Origin: the human T2T-CHM13v2.0 reference genome, Homo sapiens
Reading direction: 5' to 3' (one strand)
NCBI RefSeq assembly: GCF_009914755.1
Contig: NC_060939.1
DNA: 64,000 nt
Each line of letters starts with the position of its first letter. Position 1 is the first letter of the stretch. Positions 1 through 16,429 of the stretch are shown here, in pieces. The translations under genes and the position numbers were made by a program. The notes beneath the pieces were generated by a model. It was not told the DNA's origin. It saw only the letters and a list, made by a program, of their open reading frames with translations, and made no database searches.

Positions 1-7
1 AGAGGTT

Positions 8-63
8 TTATTGGTTTTGCTTTATTTTGTTTTGGTTTGGTTTGATTTGGTTTGGCTTTGTTT
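8..63. repeat. T/G-rich simple repeat, degenerate (TTTGG)n
   Basis: ttttgttttggtttggtttgatttggtttggctttg seen directly. Confidence 0.7.
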
Positions 64-562
64 CTGCAAGTTGCCTAAGGAAACCACACAGTCAGAAACA
101 ACATTAAAATAAATTATCAGCTTGAGATTATTTTTGGATAATTGGATATCACAAATTCATGCTTTAAGTCCACAGGAGGATCAGCTTATAAGTACAAATT
201 CTGTGGTGGAATATATTTTCTGCTTCAGTGCTAAGATTTGAAAAGTGATTTTCCTTACTAACTACTGAGTGAGGAATATTTATATAAAATAATATTTCTT
301 ATTTATCTTAACAGTGAAGTGTAGGCCCACGGAGTCCCAGCTAGTATGTGAGTGTCTCATCAGACTCTCCCTCCTTGGTTGGACTCTAAGATTTGACTCT
401 TGATTGCCAGACCCAATGAGTCCCTACAGTTTCAAATTCAAATTTGCCTTGTTTTGCACAAGCTTTCAAAGCTGAAGGCCAGAATAGTACTTTACTGTTT
501 TCAACTTCAGTGAGATTGTAGCTTCTAAATATCCCTTATTTTCTTTTCAGTTTATAAAATTA

Positions 563-972
563 TGTTGCTGAAACACCAGGGGTTTGGTCTATATCCTAAA
601 GCTCACTGCACAGAAAGCCAATCACTGAGGCAGCAAGTATTGCCAAGGAAGAAGGCTTTAATCAGGTGCTGCAACCTAGGAATTGGGAGCTCACTCTCAA
701 ATACATCTCCTTGACTGACTAAAATGAGGGGTTTATATAGCAGGGAAGAAATATGACAATGTGTAAGAAAACAAGAACTAGGAAGGGGCAAGGAGGCATC
801 TAGTGTGTGATCTGGTGAGCTTCAGTTGTTTGATACTTTTTTTGAAAGGCTTAAAGTTCTTTTCTTGAGGAAGGAACTCACATAAAACAAATACAAATTT
901 CAAGCTTTAACAGCAGAATCTTTTCTATGTTTATCCAAAAGAACAGTCTATGGGAGTATTGGGCCAGTTTCA
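563..972 (-). mobile_element. Solo ERV1 LTR, LOR1-like
   Basis: TG...CA termini with 4-bp TSD ATTA (559-562 and 973-976); reverse complement begins TGAAACTGGCCCAATACTCCCATAGA, matching recalled LOR1 consensus. Confidence 0.8.
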
Positions 973-1179
973 ATTATTTAAGAACACTTAATAAACGTGG
1001 GTTTCTGTATAATATTTTATATATATTTAACATGTAAAATATAACAAAGCAGTGTCTTTTATGTATTAATATTACATAACAAAACAACACAGATGATGTT
1101 ATAATTTAAAAATCCAGTAACTGTCTGCAATATTACAAGAAGTCTCTTTCAAATGTTTTCATTTCAATCCTCCACGAAA

Positions 1180-1487
1180 TTTTTTTTCTTTTCTTTTATT
1201 TTTTTTGAGACAGAGTCTCACTCTGTAGCCTGGGCTAGAGTGCACTGGTGTGATCTCAGCTTACTACAACCTCTGCCTCCCAGGTTCAAGTGATTCTCTT
1301 GCCTCAGCCTCCTGAGTAGCTGGGATTACAGGCACCCGCCACTACACCCAGCTAATTTTTTGTATTTTTAGTAGAGACAGGGTTTCACCATATTGGCCAG
1401 GCTGATCTCAAACTCCTGACCTCATGATTCACTTGCCTTGACCTCCCAAAGTGCTGGGATTACAGGCATGAGCCACTATACCCAGCC
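1180..1487 (-). mobile_element. Alu (AluS), full length
   Basis: Poly-T followed by Alu reverse complement; TSD tcctcca(c/t)gaa on both sides. Confidence 0.95.
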
Positions 1488-2714
1488 TCCTCCATGAATT
1501 TCTAAAATTGAAGAAGAGAAGCTTCAATAACTACTCTAAGTAGCACTTCTCAATGCCAGGTAATTCTAAACTAGTCAAATATTTTTATAAAGTAGAATAC
1601 ATAAATAAGGTAATATTTGTAATGGTCTAGCACAGCACCTGACAAAACACGAACTGATAGCTATCATCATCATCATTGTCATCTACATTTCAGTGCCTTC
1701 TCTCCTGATGTCTCAGCTTATTTTGTAAGTTCAAAAAAATATTCTGCATGTTATGTTTTCAATATCCAACATTCATCTGAGAAGCACTTAGAGAGATGTA
1801 TTTTTTACTTTTCTGTTAAACGAGAGGGTGCATAATACTTGTGGTAACTCTGTTGAGGAAAACCATGTCTCTAATGGGGATTGAGGGACTTTGAGTTAAC
1901 ACTAACTATGTTCTATGTTTTGCTGTCAACATGTACTATTCTCCAGCAGAGTTGTATGGAGCAGAATTGCAGTTTAATAAGAGGCTTATTTGCAGGTGCA
2001 CATCCCACCTATTGAATAGCAGCTTTAGTTTTATAATAGTCTGACTGGAGTCCTGTGGAGGTCTAGTCTTCTGTTAGCAGCTCTCTTTAATGGAAATGAA
2101 TTGCATCCATTGTGACCCTCTTACTGCACATTACCATGTTAATATAAGCCTGATAAGAGACTTAACTTCATCACTTGCAGAAGCTTGTTTAGTTTCTTGA
2201 GCCAGTGTATAGATTGTATCATTCGAGAGCTTACTTCATTTTCTAGTACATACATATTGAGGTGGTGCCGAAAGGAATCTTCAAGTTAACTTTTTATCTT
2301 GTGTTTGACCTGAAAGAAGCCATGAAAAAATTTTAACGTGTAACTCATCCCTTTTTGTTTTTCCCCCTCTGCCTCTTCTCACATGTATTACAAAATGTGA
2401 AATATTTGTACAAGGAGAAATTCGTTTCCACTAAATATTTACTTTGGCTATAATCGAAATTGCTTAAACAAAGGCAGTCATGCATATTGGGGGATCATTT
2501 AGCAAATTAAAAGGATTTTTAACTGTTAGGTAATATCTCAGCTTATGAAATTATATCAATTATTGAATAGTTGATATTAAGCCTTGTCAATTTATGACCA
2601 TATAAATGTTTATTTGCTTAAAATTAAGCAATATAGACACTGTTGACTATTATATGGAGAAACTCCATTTTTTCTTACTTTCTCTTAAATGGAAGAATCT
2701 TTCAATATACCTAC

Positions 2715-3115
2715 TGTATTAGTCCTTCTAAGTTTCTGTAAAAAAATACCTGAAGCTGGGTAATTCATTAAGAAAAGAGGTTTATTTTGGCTTATGGTTC
2801 AACAGACTTCTTCTAACTTCTGCTTCTGGTGAGTCCTCTGGAACCTTATGATCATGGCAGAAGGCCAAGAGGGAGACAGGAGTAGCACGTGATGAGAGAG
2901 GGAGCAAGAGAGAGAGAAAGAAGTGCCACATTCTTTTAAACAACAAGATCTCACGTGAACTCAGACCAAGAACTCATTTGTTACTGCAAGGACACCAAGC
3001 CATTCATGAGGGATCTCTGTCTATGACCCAACGCTTCCTACCAGGCCCCACCTCCAACATTGGGGATTACATTTCAACATGAGATTTGGAGGCGACAAAC
3101 ATCCAAACTATATCA
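2715..3115 (-). mobile_element. MaLR solo LTR (MSTB-like)
   Basis: tgtattagtcc...catggcagaagg...cccacctccaacattggggattacatttcaacatgagatttgg...actatatca. Confidence 0.85.
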
Positions 3116-4217
3116 ACTATACAAAGTGTTCTCCTTTCAGAAAAAAAAATGGTCCTTAAAATTATACTGAGGCTTTTCTAATAATGATGGTCTGACCTTA
3201 TCCTATATTTGTAATCATTTATTATTCATTTCTAGTATCAAGATGTCATGGCCAATTAGAGAGCTGAATTAGAAACACACCTGTTTTAAATAAGTGGTAA
3301 ATATCAGTCAACTAATATAAGAATTGATGCTAAGGAGGATGTCCATTAAAAATGGTGAATTTGGGGGCGTTTCAAGTGCTGTTCAGTTTTGTAAATATCC
3401 ATCTCTAATCCTTTGTAATCTTTATGGGGCAAACTATCAAAAGAATTATATGAAAATTCAAGGGCTTTGACTATGACTGACTATTTCAAAGATCTTATCT
3501 ACTTTCAGCATAATTTACCTACACACATAATACTTTAATGTTGGGATCCCCCAAAACTGGTGAAATAGATGCTTGAATAGACAGGTTGGTGTAGCAGGTA
3601 AGTAGATTTGCAGAGGGAAGCCGACATTGACAGAATACCCACCCACTACGTTCTTGTCTTTCTATCAGATATTTGATATGTCTCATCATAAGATGTTCTC
3701 AGAAATCCTACTCTCTGCCTCTCTTCATTGGTCTATCTGTCTGACAATTTTTCTAACAGTCTGTTAATCTACCTGCATTTATGCCCATTTTGCATGAGCT
3801 AAAGCTCAGAGAGGTTGAACCTTACTGTGAATCACCAGTGAGTAAAAGAACCAAAATTTAAAGGCTTTTTTTCATACTGTAAAGATAAGCTCTTTCTACC
3901 TGCAGCATATTGTCTCTTCCTCTTAACTATAATATTATCTTTTTCTAAGGATAAAAAACCGTCACGTTTTAGGAATAAAAATGGAAAATATCATCAGTAT
4001 AGGGGAAAACTGAATTCAGAGCGATATGTGGGAATAGCCTTGAGCAAACCTAAAATGTATTCCAAGCCTATCTCTTGTGCCTTCTGTCTTTTTCTCAGGC
4101 TCTTCTCCTACGTCCTTCTCTGGTCTTCAGTGTCTTTTTTATTCCATCTCTTCTTGTCTCCTATAACTCTTTCCTCTGCATTTAATCCAGTATTTATGTT
4201 ACCCCTGTGTCAGTTTA

Positions 4218-4690
<473 letters not shown>

Positions 4691-5062
4691 AAAGAGCAAT
4701 TTGAGCACAATAAGCAAAGTACTACTGCATTCTAACCCAAAGTATAAAATAAATACCTGAGTCCATATCGATATAAGTAATTTAATAAAACAATAAATAG
4801 GGGCTGGGAAGAGAAAATTCCCCCATAAAGAGGAATTCCAAATAATTTCTGTAGGAGCTCCATTCTCAAGAAAGTGGAGCATAATTCCCCATTTCTCAAA
4901 TATAGGCTATATATAGTACAGCCTTTCAAAGAGTACAATGCAAATATGTGGGAAGTGATAGAGAGTAAGTTTACAAAGGAAAAACTTCACAAACCTTACC
5001 TCAGTCCGGTGATTAAGGTCAACATCAGCAACAGTAAGTCACATTCATAATATGTACCCTTA

Positions 5063-6386
<1,324 letters not shown>

Positions 6387-7354
6387 TTTCATCATTTTTT
6401 TTTAAATCAGAACAATTTCACTTAAGGGGCATCCTACAAAATATCTGTCCAGTAATTCTCGAATTGTCAAACTCATCAAAAACAAGGAAAGTCTCACAAA
6501 TTGTCATAACAAAAAGGACCCCACAGGAGACATGACAACTAAATGTAACTTGGCATGCTGGATGGGATCCTGGGACAGAAGAAGGATATTAGGTAAAACT
6601 AAGAAAATAATAATAATGTGTCAGTCTTGGTTCATTGAATGTTACATAAAATGTTAATAATAGAGAAAACTAGGTACAAGTGTGTGAGAACTCTATGTAC
6701 TCTTCAAAGTTTTTTTCTGTTATTGTTCTAAAAATAAAGTTTAATACGTTTTAAAAAGAAAAGTAACAAAGAAAAACAAAGTAGCTCCTGGGTAAAGGAA
6801 TTATTTAGGGCACTGTGAGAGTGAGAGTAGCAGTATTTTGGAAGGAGTTTGTGGAGACAGAGAGAGTGGCATGGTAGGGAGTTGTACTACTGCCTGCTGG
6901 ATTTGACAAGTCACTCTGTAATTTAAATGAGGGGCTACCCAACCTAAGATTAGCCTGGGTTTTATATACACTTTATTTCTCTAAAAGAAGATTTCAGTGA
7001 ATTTGCAGGAAGGAAAAATAGATAGCTATAGTCCTTTTGACTATATTTGACACAGAACCAAAACCTGGGAGGCGAAGGTTGCGGTGAGATAGTGTTTTAA
7101 AGAAAAGGACCAATGTCTCCACATTTAAAATGATGGAGCCAAAGTATAGATGAGCTTATCATTTGGGATCTATTTATGGTGAGCCTGGCTTTCCTCAGAG
7201 CTAACTTCTCCACCTTAGATAGCCTCCTAGGATTGGCTAGACCCCACAAAGCTGAAGACCTTCGGTGGATTTATATTCTAAGATCTCTAGTAACAGACGA
7301 GGATTGTAGAAGGAGTCCCCCTAAAGATTGCTAGTGGTTTACATTGATTTCCCT

Positions 7355-7485
7355 GAAGAAAAAGAGGGAGGAGGAATGGAAATGAGGAGGAAAAGAAGAG
7401 AGGAGGAGAGGAAAGGAAGGAAGAGGGAGAAGGGGGTGAAGGAGAAGGAAGGGAAGGAGGAGAGAGCAGAGAAGAGAAAGATAAA
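7355..7485. repeat. GA-rich low-complexity tract
   Basis: Almost pure purine run. Confidence 0.8.
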
Positions 7486-8725
7486 TCACAGAACCAAAAC
7501 CATTTTTATGAAACTCACATGAAAGCTGCATTTTGCACATCTTAATATTTTAGTCCCAGTAGTCATTTTTAAGGCCACTCTCCGGTGCTGTTGTCAGGCA
7601 TAGAAATGACCAGAGGACCATGATAAAAGAGGAGCGTAGAAAAAAAGAAACAAAAGGCAGACTTGACTTGCTTTAGGAGTTTTTTGTACATTTCCTTGGC
7701 AGTAGTGTGCTGTGGAGAGCCAGGCAGAGGGGCTGTGGCTCACTGGTAGAAAGCAACATGTCACAGAAAATCAAGCACAGAGCAGCCCAGGCCCATGACT
7801 CCCACCATGCTTGGAAACAGAAGAACGTCCTCTGTTTGCTACCTGCCTATGTACATAAAGAAAAGAGAGCAGGGTGACAAGATCATGGCAAATCTTTCTA
7901 TCTCTCTCCCTCTCTTCCTCTCTCTCTCTCTCCCCCCACCCTCTCTCATCAGCCTTCATTCTAATTAACCTGCTCCCTTCTCATTTCCCTCCCGTTCATT
8001 TCTGTCATCTCCATTTCACAGTATCACTTGCCCAGTGAAAAGAGGCTCGACACATTCTATTTAGAAAGTGAGTGTCTCACTAGGGGTGACAAGTCTTTTT
8101 TGAGGTCATTTATCTAATTGCTCTTTGCAGATAAGAATTAATTAGCCCGATTATTTTTCTTAGTTTTTGGATGGGTTCCCCACCTGAAGAGAAGAAATTC
8201 CTTGGTGTCAGTGATTAATTGCTCAGCCAGAAGCTTACTGCCTCGCATTTGTAATAAATGCCCACTAGCTCTTCAGGTCACATTAAGAGCCAGGCAGGTT
8301 GTGGTATAATGTACAGGATAATAAAGCACTTGTATAAATAGGGGCAGCAGCATTTGATGTTGATTAAATATTTTAATACTTCAAATGGTGAAGGAGTTTC
8401 AAGATGCTGAAGGTAAAGAGTCCCCATTTGGGGCAACTTTTCTTTCTCCTTCATGAGGGACAGAACATCTCCAGGATCCAAGACAGCAGGTGGCATTTCA
8501 GTTTAGGGTTTGTCTAAAATGACCTCAATGATCTGTGGGGTTGTTATTATTGTTGTTCTTTGTTTTTGGCTATCTCTTTATTTTTCTGTCACAGAACACC
8601 TAAAATTACAAGCACATTCAGATTCTAAATCACTTTTATTTCCAGAAGAGAAAGAAATGAACTTCTTCTTAGTTGACTTTCAAATTAGATTTTTAAAAAT
8701 ATTGTTGTTGTGATGGTAGTGTCTA

Positions 8726-9067
<342 letters not shown>

Positions 9068-9246
9068 TTAAAATAATCTGGCTAAGAGTACTGCTTCATA
9101 TTCCATGTTTCTAGTAGAATTCTACAGATACAGATATTGTGATTATCTTAAGGATAGAGAATAAAGGAAAACAAGCCCCAAAGTAATTAAGGGCTTTATC
9201 AAAGGAGAGATTCTGTGAGCAAGTTGGGCAGAGCCTGATCTCAAAC

Positions 9247-9518
9247 TAGGCACGGTAGCTCATACTTGTCATCTCAACAATTTGGGAGCCCAAGGCAGGA
9301 GGATTGCTTGAGCTCAAGAGTTGGAGACCAGCCTGAGCAACATAGTGAGACACTTTCTCTACAAAAAAAATAATGATAAATTAGCCAGGCATGGGGGCAC
9401 AAGCCTGTAGTTCCGGCTACTTAGGAGGCTGAAGGTTGAGGCTGCAACAAGGCATAATCGTGCTACTGCACTCCAATCTGAGTGACAGAGTGACACCCCG
9501 TCTCAAAATAAATAAATA
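9247..9518 (+). mobile_element. AluJ with internal deletion in right arm
   Basis: ggattgcttgag, gcaacatagtgagac; ggaggctga joined directly to aggttgaggctgca. Confidence 0.88.
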
Positions 9519-9565
9519 GAGAAGTGTGCTTCTGATTTCCAGGACAATTTGCTATGTTTTTGTTA

Positions 9566-9913
<348 letters not shown>

Positions 9914-11404
9914 ACAGAATTTAATTTTGATTTGGTGATGAACAAGATATTATCAATCTGGCAGTGCCCTGTAGTGTTCATTAAGATAGAAATCTTGAAT
10001 AAAAACAATTTTTGAATAAAAAGATTGTCCAAGTAAAGAAATACTTTCTCTAAAAGGAAGATCTCTATATACTGGATGATTTGATTCGTAAAAGAAGTGT
10101 TTTTTTCTGAAGATGATAAATAACATACTATATCATTTTCTCTTGCTAAGTGATATTATTGAAAAGAATCAAATCTAACAAGTTTTCTTCCCCTTTAGGG
10201 AGACTGAACAATGTAATTAAGAAGGTTGTATGATTACCTATCTAATAATTTTTGTATTCTGTATTCTATCTCTCTCAGTTTGAAATTCACTAAAAAACAA
10301 GGACTTGTACATAGTGGATCCTTAATAAGTATCTTATTTGTAAGTAAACAAATGAATTATTGAATAGTTAAAGCTATTAAAAGTGACTGATTGGACAATG
10401 GTAACTTCCTTAGTATTTTAACTTCTTTTACCCATCTCCTATCTCTAGGCCCTCTTCTCCTAAATTACATAGAAAAGAAACTCTTGTTTCAGAAGGCCTC
10501 CAGTTTACCAATTTGTTTGAACATTTTATTGGGTGCAATAATATTACTACTTGATGTCTGTCCTGTATGATTCAGATAACACAATAAGAAGATTCCTCTG
10601 TGTCAAATGAGGATGTTCTATGAATCCTTTAATATGCTGAGGTCACTCACCTACCAATTTTAGATTATTTAGATCCATTTAGGGATATTTGCAATGCCAT
10701 TTATTAGATTTGCTTATCTTCAAGTGCCCATTTTTATGCTGCTTTGTAAATCTCCCCATAATCTCTGAGCTCCTGAATAATTGTAAATAAGTAAGTTTTC
10801 TTCTTCAGCCACCTGTCAAGATTTCTTGGGCTCTTCCACAGAGTGAATGTTCATGTTTTCTTTCACTCTGCTTTTACAAAAATGATGAAATTAGCTAGCA
10901 AGCTGTTGAGCATAGATATTTCCTGCTGTATTCTCTTCCTCTTGGGTTGTTGTAAGGGAATTGTGGGCAAAGGTGACATCGTTTACAGTTCACATCAACA
11001 TGTTTCAATTTGCCTTATCCTTTGGGAGAACTAATTGTTCTGTGGCAATTCAAACTGGACATTTGTTCCATCTTTTTTTTTCCTTTTTGGTTTAAATTGA
11101 TAATTTATTCACAGGCAGTATTCATAATGCCTGAATTCAAAATACAGGCAAATCTGTTATGGGTCTATAAAAACCAAAAGAATATGATTCAAAGAAATTA
11201 AGTGGTCAAAACTATGGAGCAGCTAATTTATTAAGCTAAAATTTTATGCAGAGTTTAAAGAAAAGCCATATTAGCAAAGGACTATGTTTCTTTCTCTTGT
11301 GACTCTCTTCCCAATTCATTGCCTTTCCCCATTAAATTTCAAATAAGTTCCTAGGGAGGAAAAAAAAAAGAAAATCAGATTGAGCCAACCAGTGTGAAGC
11401 TTCA

Positions 11405-11490
11405 AATAGAGACAATAATAGTGCCTACTTCAAAGGATTGGGATGACGATTAACTAAATTGTGCTAATAAAGTCCTTAGAAAAGGGTCTC
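11405..11490 (+). mobile_element. MIR fragment
   Basis: aaatagagacaataatagtgcctacttcaaaggattgggatgacgattaa resembles the MIR core/3' part. Confidence 0.6.
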
Positions 11491-11493
11491 ACA

Positions 11494-12299
<806 letters not shown>

Positions 12300-12625
12300 T
12301 CAAGGAATCCTACAAACCACTCCTGCATTCACTCGCTGAAACTACATGTCATACGTGGAAACTAGATTTAATCTGTAAAGTAGATCATTTTGAACTTATA
12401 TTTTACAATGGAAATGAATTATGTGCACTGTAACCAACTATCATATTTACATGGCTTATCAAGAAGTATAAGCCATATAAAAAGGGGTTTTACTATCCTA
12501 TCAAAAACATTCTCAGACATCAACTATGTCCTGAAGATGCAATAATACATTCTGGGGAGTCATAGTTTTGGTAACTAGAAGCTTCATCCAGAAATATGGC
12601 AAAACACAATCTATGCCCTACTCCG

Positions 12626-12991
12626 TGCTGTGGTCTGAACATTTGCTACCTTCCCCGACCCCAATTCATATGATGAAACTTAATCCTCAATGTGATCCCG
12701 TTGAGAGGTGAAGCATTAATGAGTTGATTAGATCTTGAAGTTTCCACTCTCATGAGTGAGCTTAGTGCACTTATAAAAGAGGTTGAAGGCAGTTGCCTTG
12801 CCCTTCATCCATGTGAGGACCTGCAAGCAGCACACTCCATGAGGAACGGAGACCTCACCAGAAACTGACTTTGATGGTGTCTCCATCTTGGACTTCCCAG
12901 CCTGCAGAACTCTCAGCAATAAATTTCTGTTGTTTATAAATTACCCAGCCTAATTTATATGTTGTTATCATAGCCTGAAAGTTCTAAAACA
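12626..12991 (+). mobile_element. MaLR solo LTR (MLT1A-like)
   Basis: tgctgtggtctgaa...ccatgtgaggac...atcttggacttcccagcctgcagaact...aataaatttctgttgtttataa. Confidence 0.85.
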
Positions 12992-13091
12992 CTTTCCTTT
13001 CACAGGAATATAAGTCCTAAAAGTTCCAATGAACAGAAAATTTGTGAATACTTTTTCCTGATATTATATGTTTTTTAAAATCCAACTTAGA

Positions 13092-13448
<357 letters not shown>

Positions 13449-14609
13449 TCATTAGAACTAACCTGTGTTCTGACCTCTCCTGAGTGTTGCAAGTGGGCCT
13501 GTATTCTGGCCAGGGATCTTTCTCCTTCGTTGGAAGTGAGTGGCCCAGAGATAAGGTTTCTTCAGGAGGCTGAGAGTTACATTTCTCACCCTGAAATCTA
13601 ACCCAGCAGAACGTGCAGGCAGAGCCCAGAGCTTGCCCAGAGAAGAAAGTTCCTGGGCTTATATAACACAGAGATCACTTACCTTTAGAGTTGAGCAATG
13701 CCTGGACAGGGAAAATTCTTGAATGTTTTCAAAAGACCTGTTCAAGGAACATAACCTAATAGCAAACCCTGAGTAAGAGAGAGAAATATCTTCAAAGATT
13801 TTCAACGCTTCTCATAGAAATGAGCTTTCTGAAGCTTTCCTTAGCTCTCTGACTGCCGTAGACATTTTTGCCTTGCCTGCTTTGAAGCATCCTGATCCAG
13901 GGTTATTGAACCTTTTCTCCTGTTGTGAAATTGCTTCCTGGAGTCTACCTGACATAATATCCTCTCTATCCCTACTCTGCAGCCCTGTTGATACAAAGTA
14001 GACCCCTTTGGTACAGAGCAAGAAGAAATAGTACTAGAAGCCAGCAAGAGAGTTTAGGAGGAGTAAATGGACACCAAACAAAAGATGTTGAATACAGCAA
14101 ATGTTTAAAACCAAGAATCTTGCATCTGTGATTGCAGAGGGTGCCCTGTCATCCCGCCTCTCACAGCGTGTGAGTGAATGCGTTCTGTCACCCAGGATCA
14201 TGCTGCGGTTGTCTCACTAGTAGCAGTCTCATTTTAATAAACTCCTGCCCAGTGACCTGTGGCCAGCTAAGTGTTGTCACTGTCTCCTGCTCTTCATATT
14301 CCTGCCTCAGTGCTGTCTCTAGATCCTGTTCTCTAGTCCCAAGTCTTTCCAACGATGCTTCTTGGTAAATTTCCATACCTTTTCCACCTCAAATGTCCTA
14401 ACCTGATGAAGCCTCCAAGCGAGGTGAATGTGAGCATTCAAAATTCTCCAGAATCCCTGATGTGGTGGGAGCTTGGGCTCAACCATCCAGTCAGTGAGAA
14501 TCTCTTCCAGCTAAGCAAATATTTCAGCATCATTATTTTCCAGATAGAAAAAAATTCAGCTGGGCAGCACACTGTTACTAGTAACACATTCTTTTAGTGG
14601 ACAGAGCTA

Positions 14610-15270
14610 GGAAATATTATACATGTAATATATATTTGTACATATAATATACAACATAAAATAATATATAAATATATATAACATATAATGTAATATATAA
14701 ATATATAATGTATAATACATATTTACAATGCACATATAATAAAACATATGCATAGGCTGGGCATAGTGTCTCACACCTGTAATTCCAATACTTTGAGAGC
14801 CTAAGGCAGGAGGATTGCTTGAGGCCAAGAGTTTGAAACCAGGCTGGGCAACATGGCAAGATCTTGCCTCTACAAAAGTAAAAAAAAATTATCTGGGCAT
14901 GGTGGTGCAGGCCTGTGATCCCAGTTACTAGGGAGGCTGAGGCAGGAGGATTGTTTGAGCCTAGGAGGTCAAGGCTACAGTGAGCCATGATCATGCCACT
15001 GCACTCCAGCCTAAGTGACAATGAGACCCTGTCTCAAAAAAAAGTATATAATTACATAAAATACTTACGCATTTAATTACATGCAATACATATACATATA
15101 TACACACAATTGTATAATTTCTATATTATATATAATAATGTATTTTGTGAAATACATATGCATGTTATATATAATACATATGCATAATATACACATATAA
15201 TCATATGCACATATATGTACAATGTCTATTTATATATCACTATTTCTTCATCTGTATATACATTTATTAG
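14610..15270. repeat. (TA)-rich low-complexity tract split by an Alu
   Basis: Degenerate TA/CATATA repeats either side of 14755-15043. Confidence 0.8.
14755..15043 (+). mobile_element. AluJ
   Basis: ggaggattgcttgaggccaagagttt, gaggtcaaggctacagtgagccatgatc. Confidence 0.92.
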
Positions 15271-15716
15271 AAAAATATTAGTTCATACTGACATTCCCAA
15301 TTTCAATTCAACGGAACAGAGTTCTGCTTTTCTTTCTCTTTCCCATGATTGGAAATAACCTCTCTTGACAATAAGAGGCTTGCCTTCCTTATTTTTTGAT
15401 ACAATTCCTGTTTTTGCTTAATCATTACGCTTTCTTGTTTAACGTAACCAGACTCAACTCTGCAGGTGTTCTCCTCCCCCAGCCAGCATGGCCGCCTACC
15501 CTGCCTTTCCTGGCCTCAGCGTGGCTGTGTTCCTCTTCAGCATTCCATGTCTCCCGTCTGCTATGCTGGTTCCTCTGTTCAGGGGAAGGGAGGGAAGGGG
15601 AGGAGAAACTAATGGTCAGGGAATAGAAAATGTGAAGGGAAGATGTGAAGGAAAAGAAAGTTGCAGTGAGAAAAAGAGAAAGGAAAGTGATACTTCTTTT
15701 GTAAAACACAAAAATG

Positions 15717-16042
<326 letters not shown>

Positions 16043-16429
16043 TTAGCTGCAATCATTGATTATTAGATTCAATAGACATCAAATTACTCTCTCAAATTCC
16101 TATGAGGGTTTACAAATGTTTTCTCTACATCTCAGTATTTATCCCACTGCAGAAGCATAACCCAAACAGTTCAGGGACTAGCTCAGCAAAAGCTAGAAAC
16201 TTCAAAATGATTTGTATATTTTGAATTCCAAAGGAAATTTTTATCTTGGTTACATTAGTTTCTGCAGGTAGGTACATTAAATTAACTCCGTTTTTGAGTG
16301 GGTGGGTTTATAAAAGCAAACCGCTCTTAAGTAACTATCGCAAAGAAAGGCTGGAAAATATTAGTTATACAGTCAAATGATGAATCTGATTATTTTATTT
16401 TTTTACAGACTTGTCAACTAAATCTTTAA

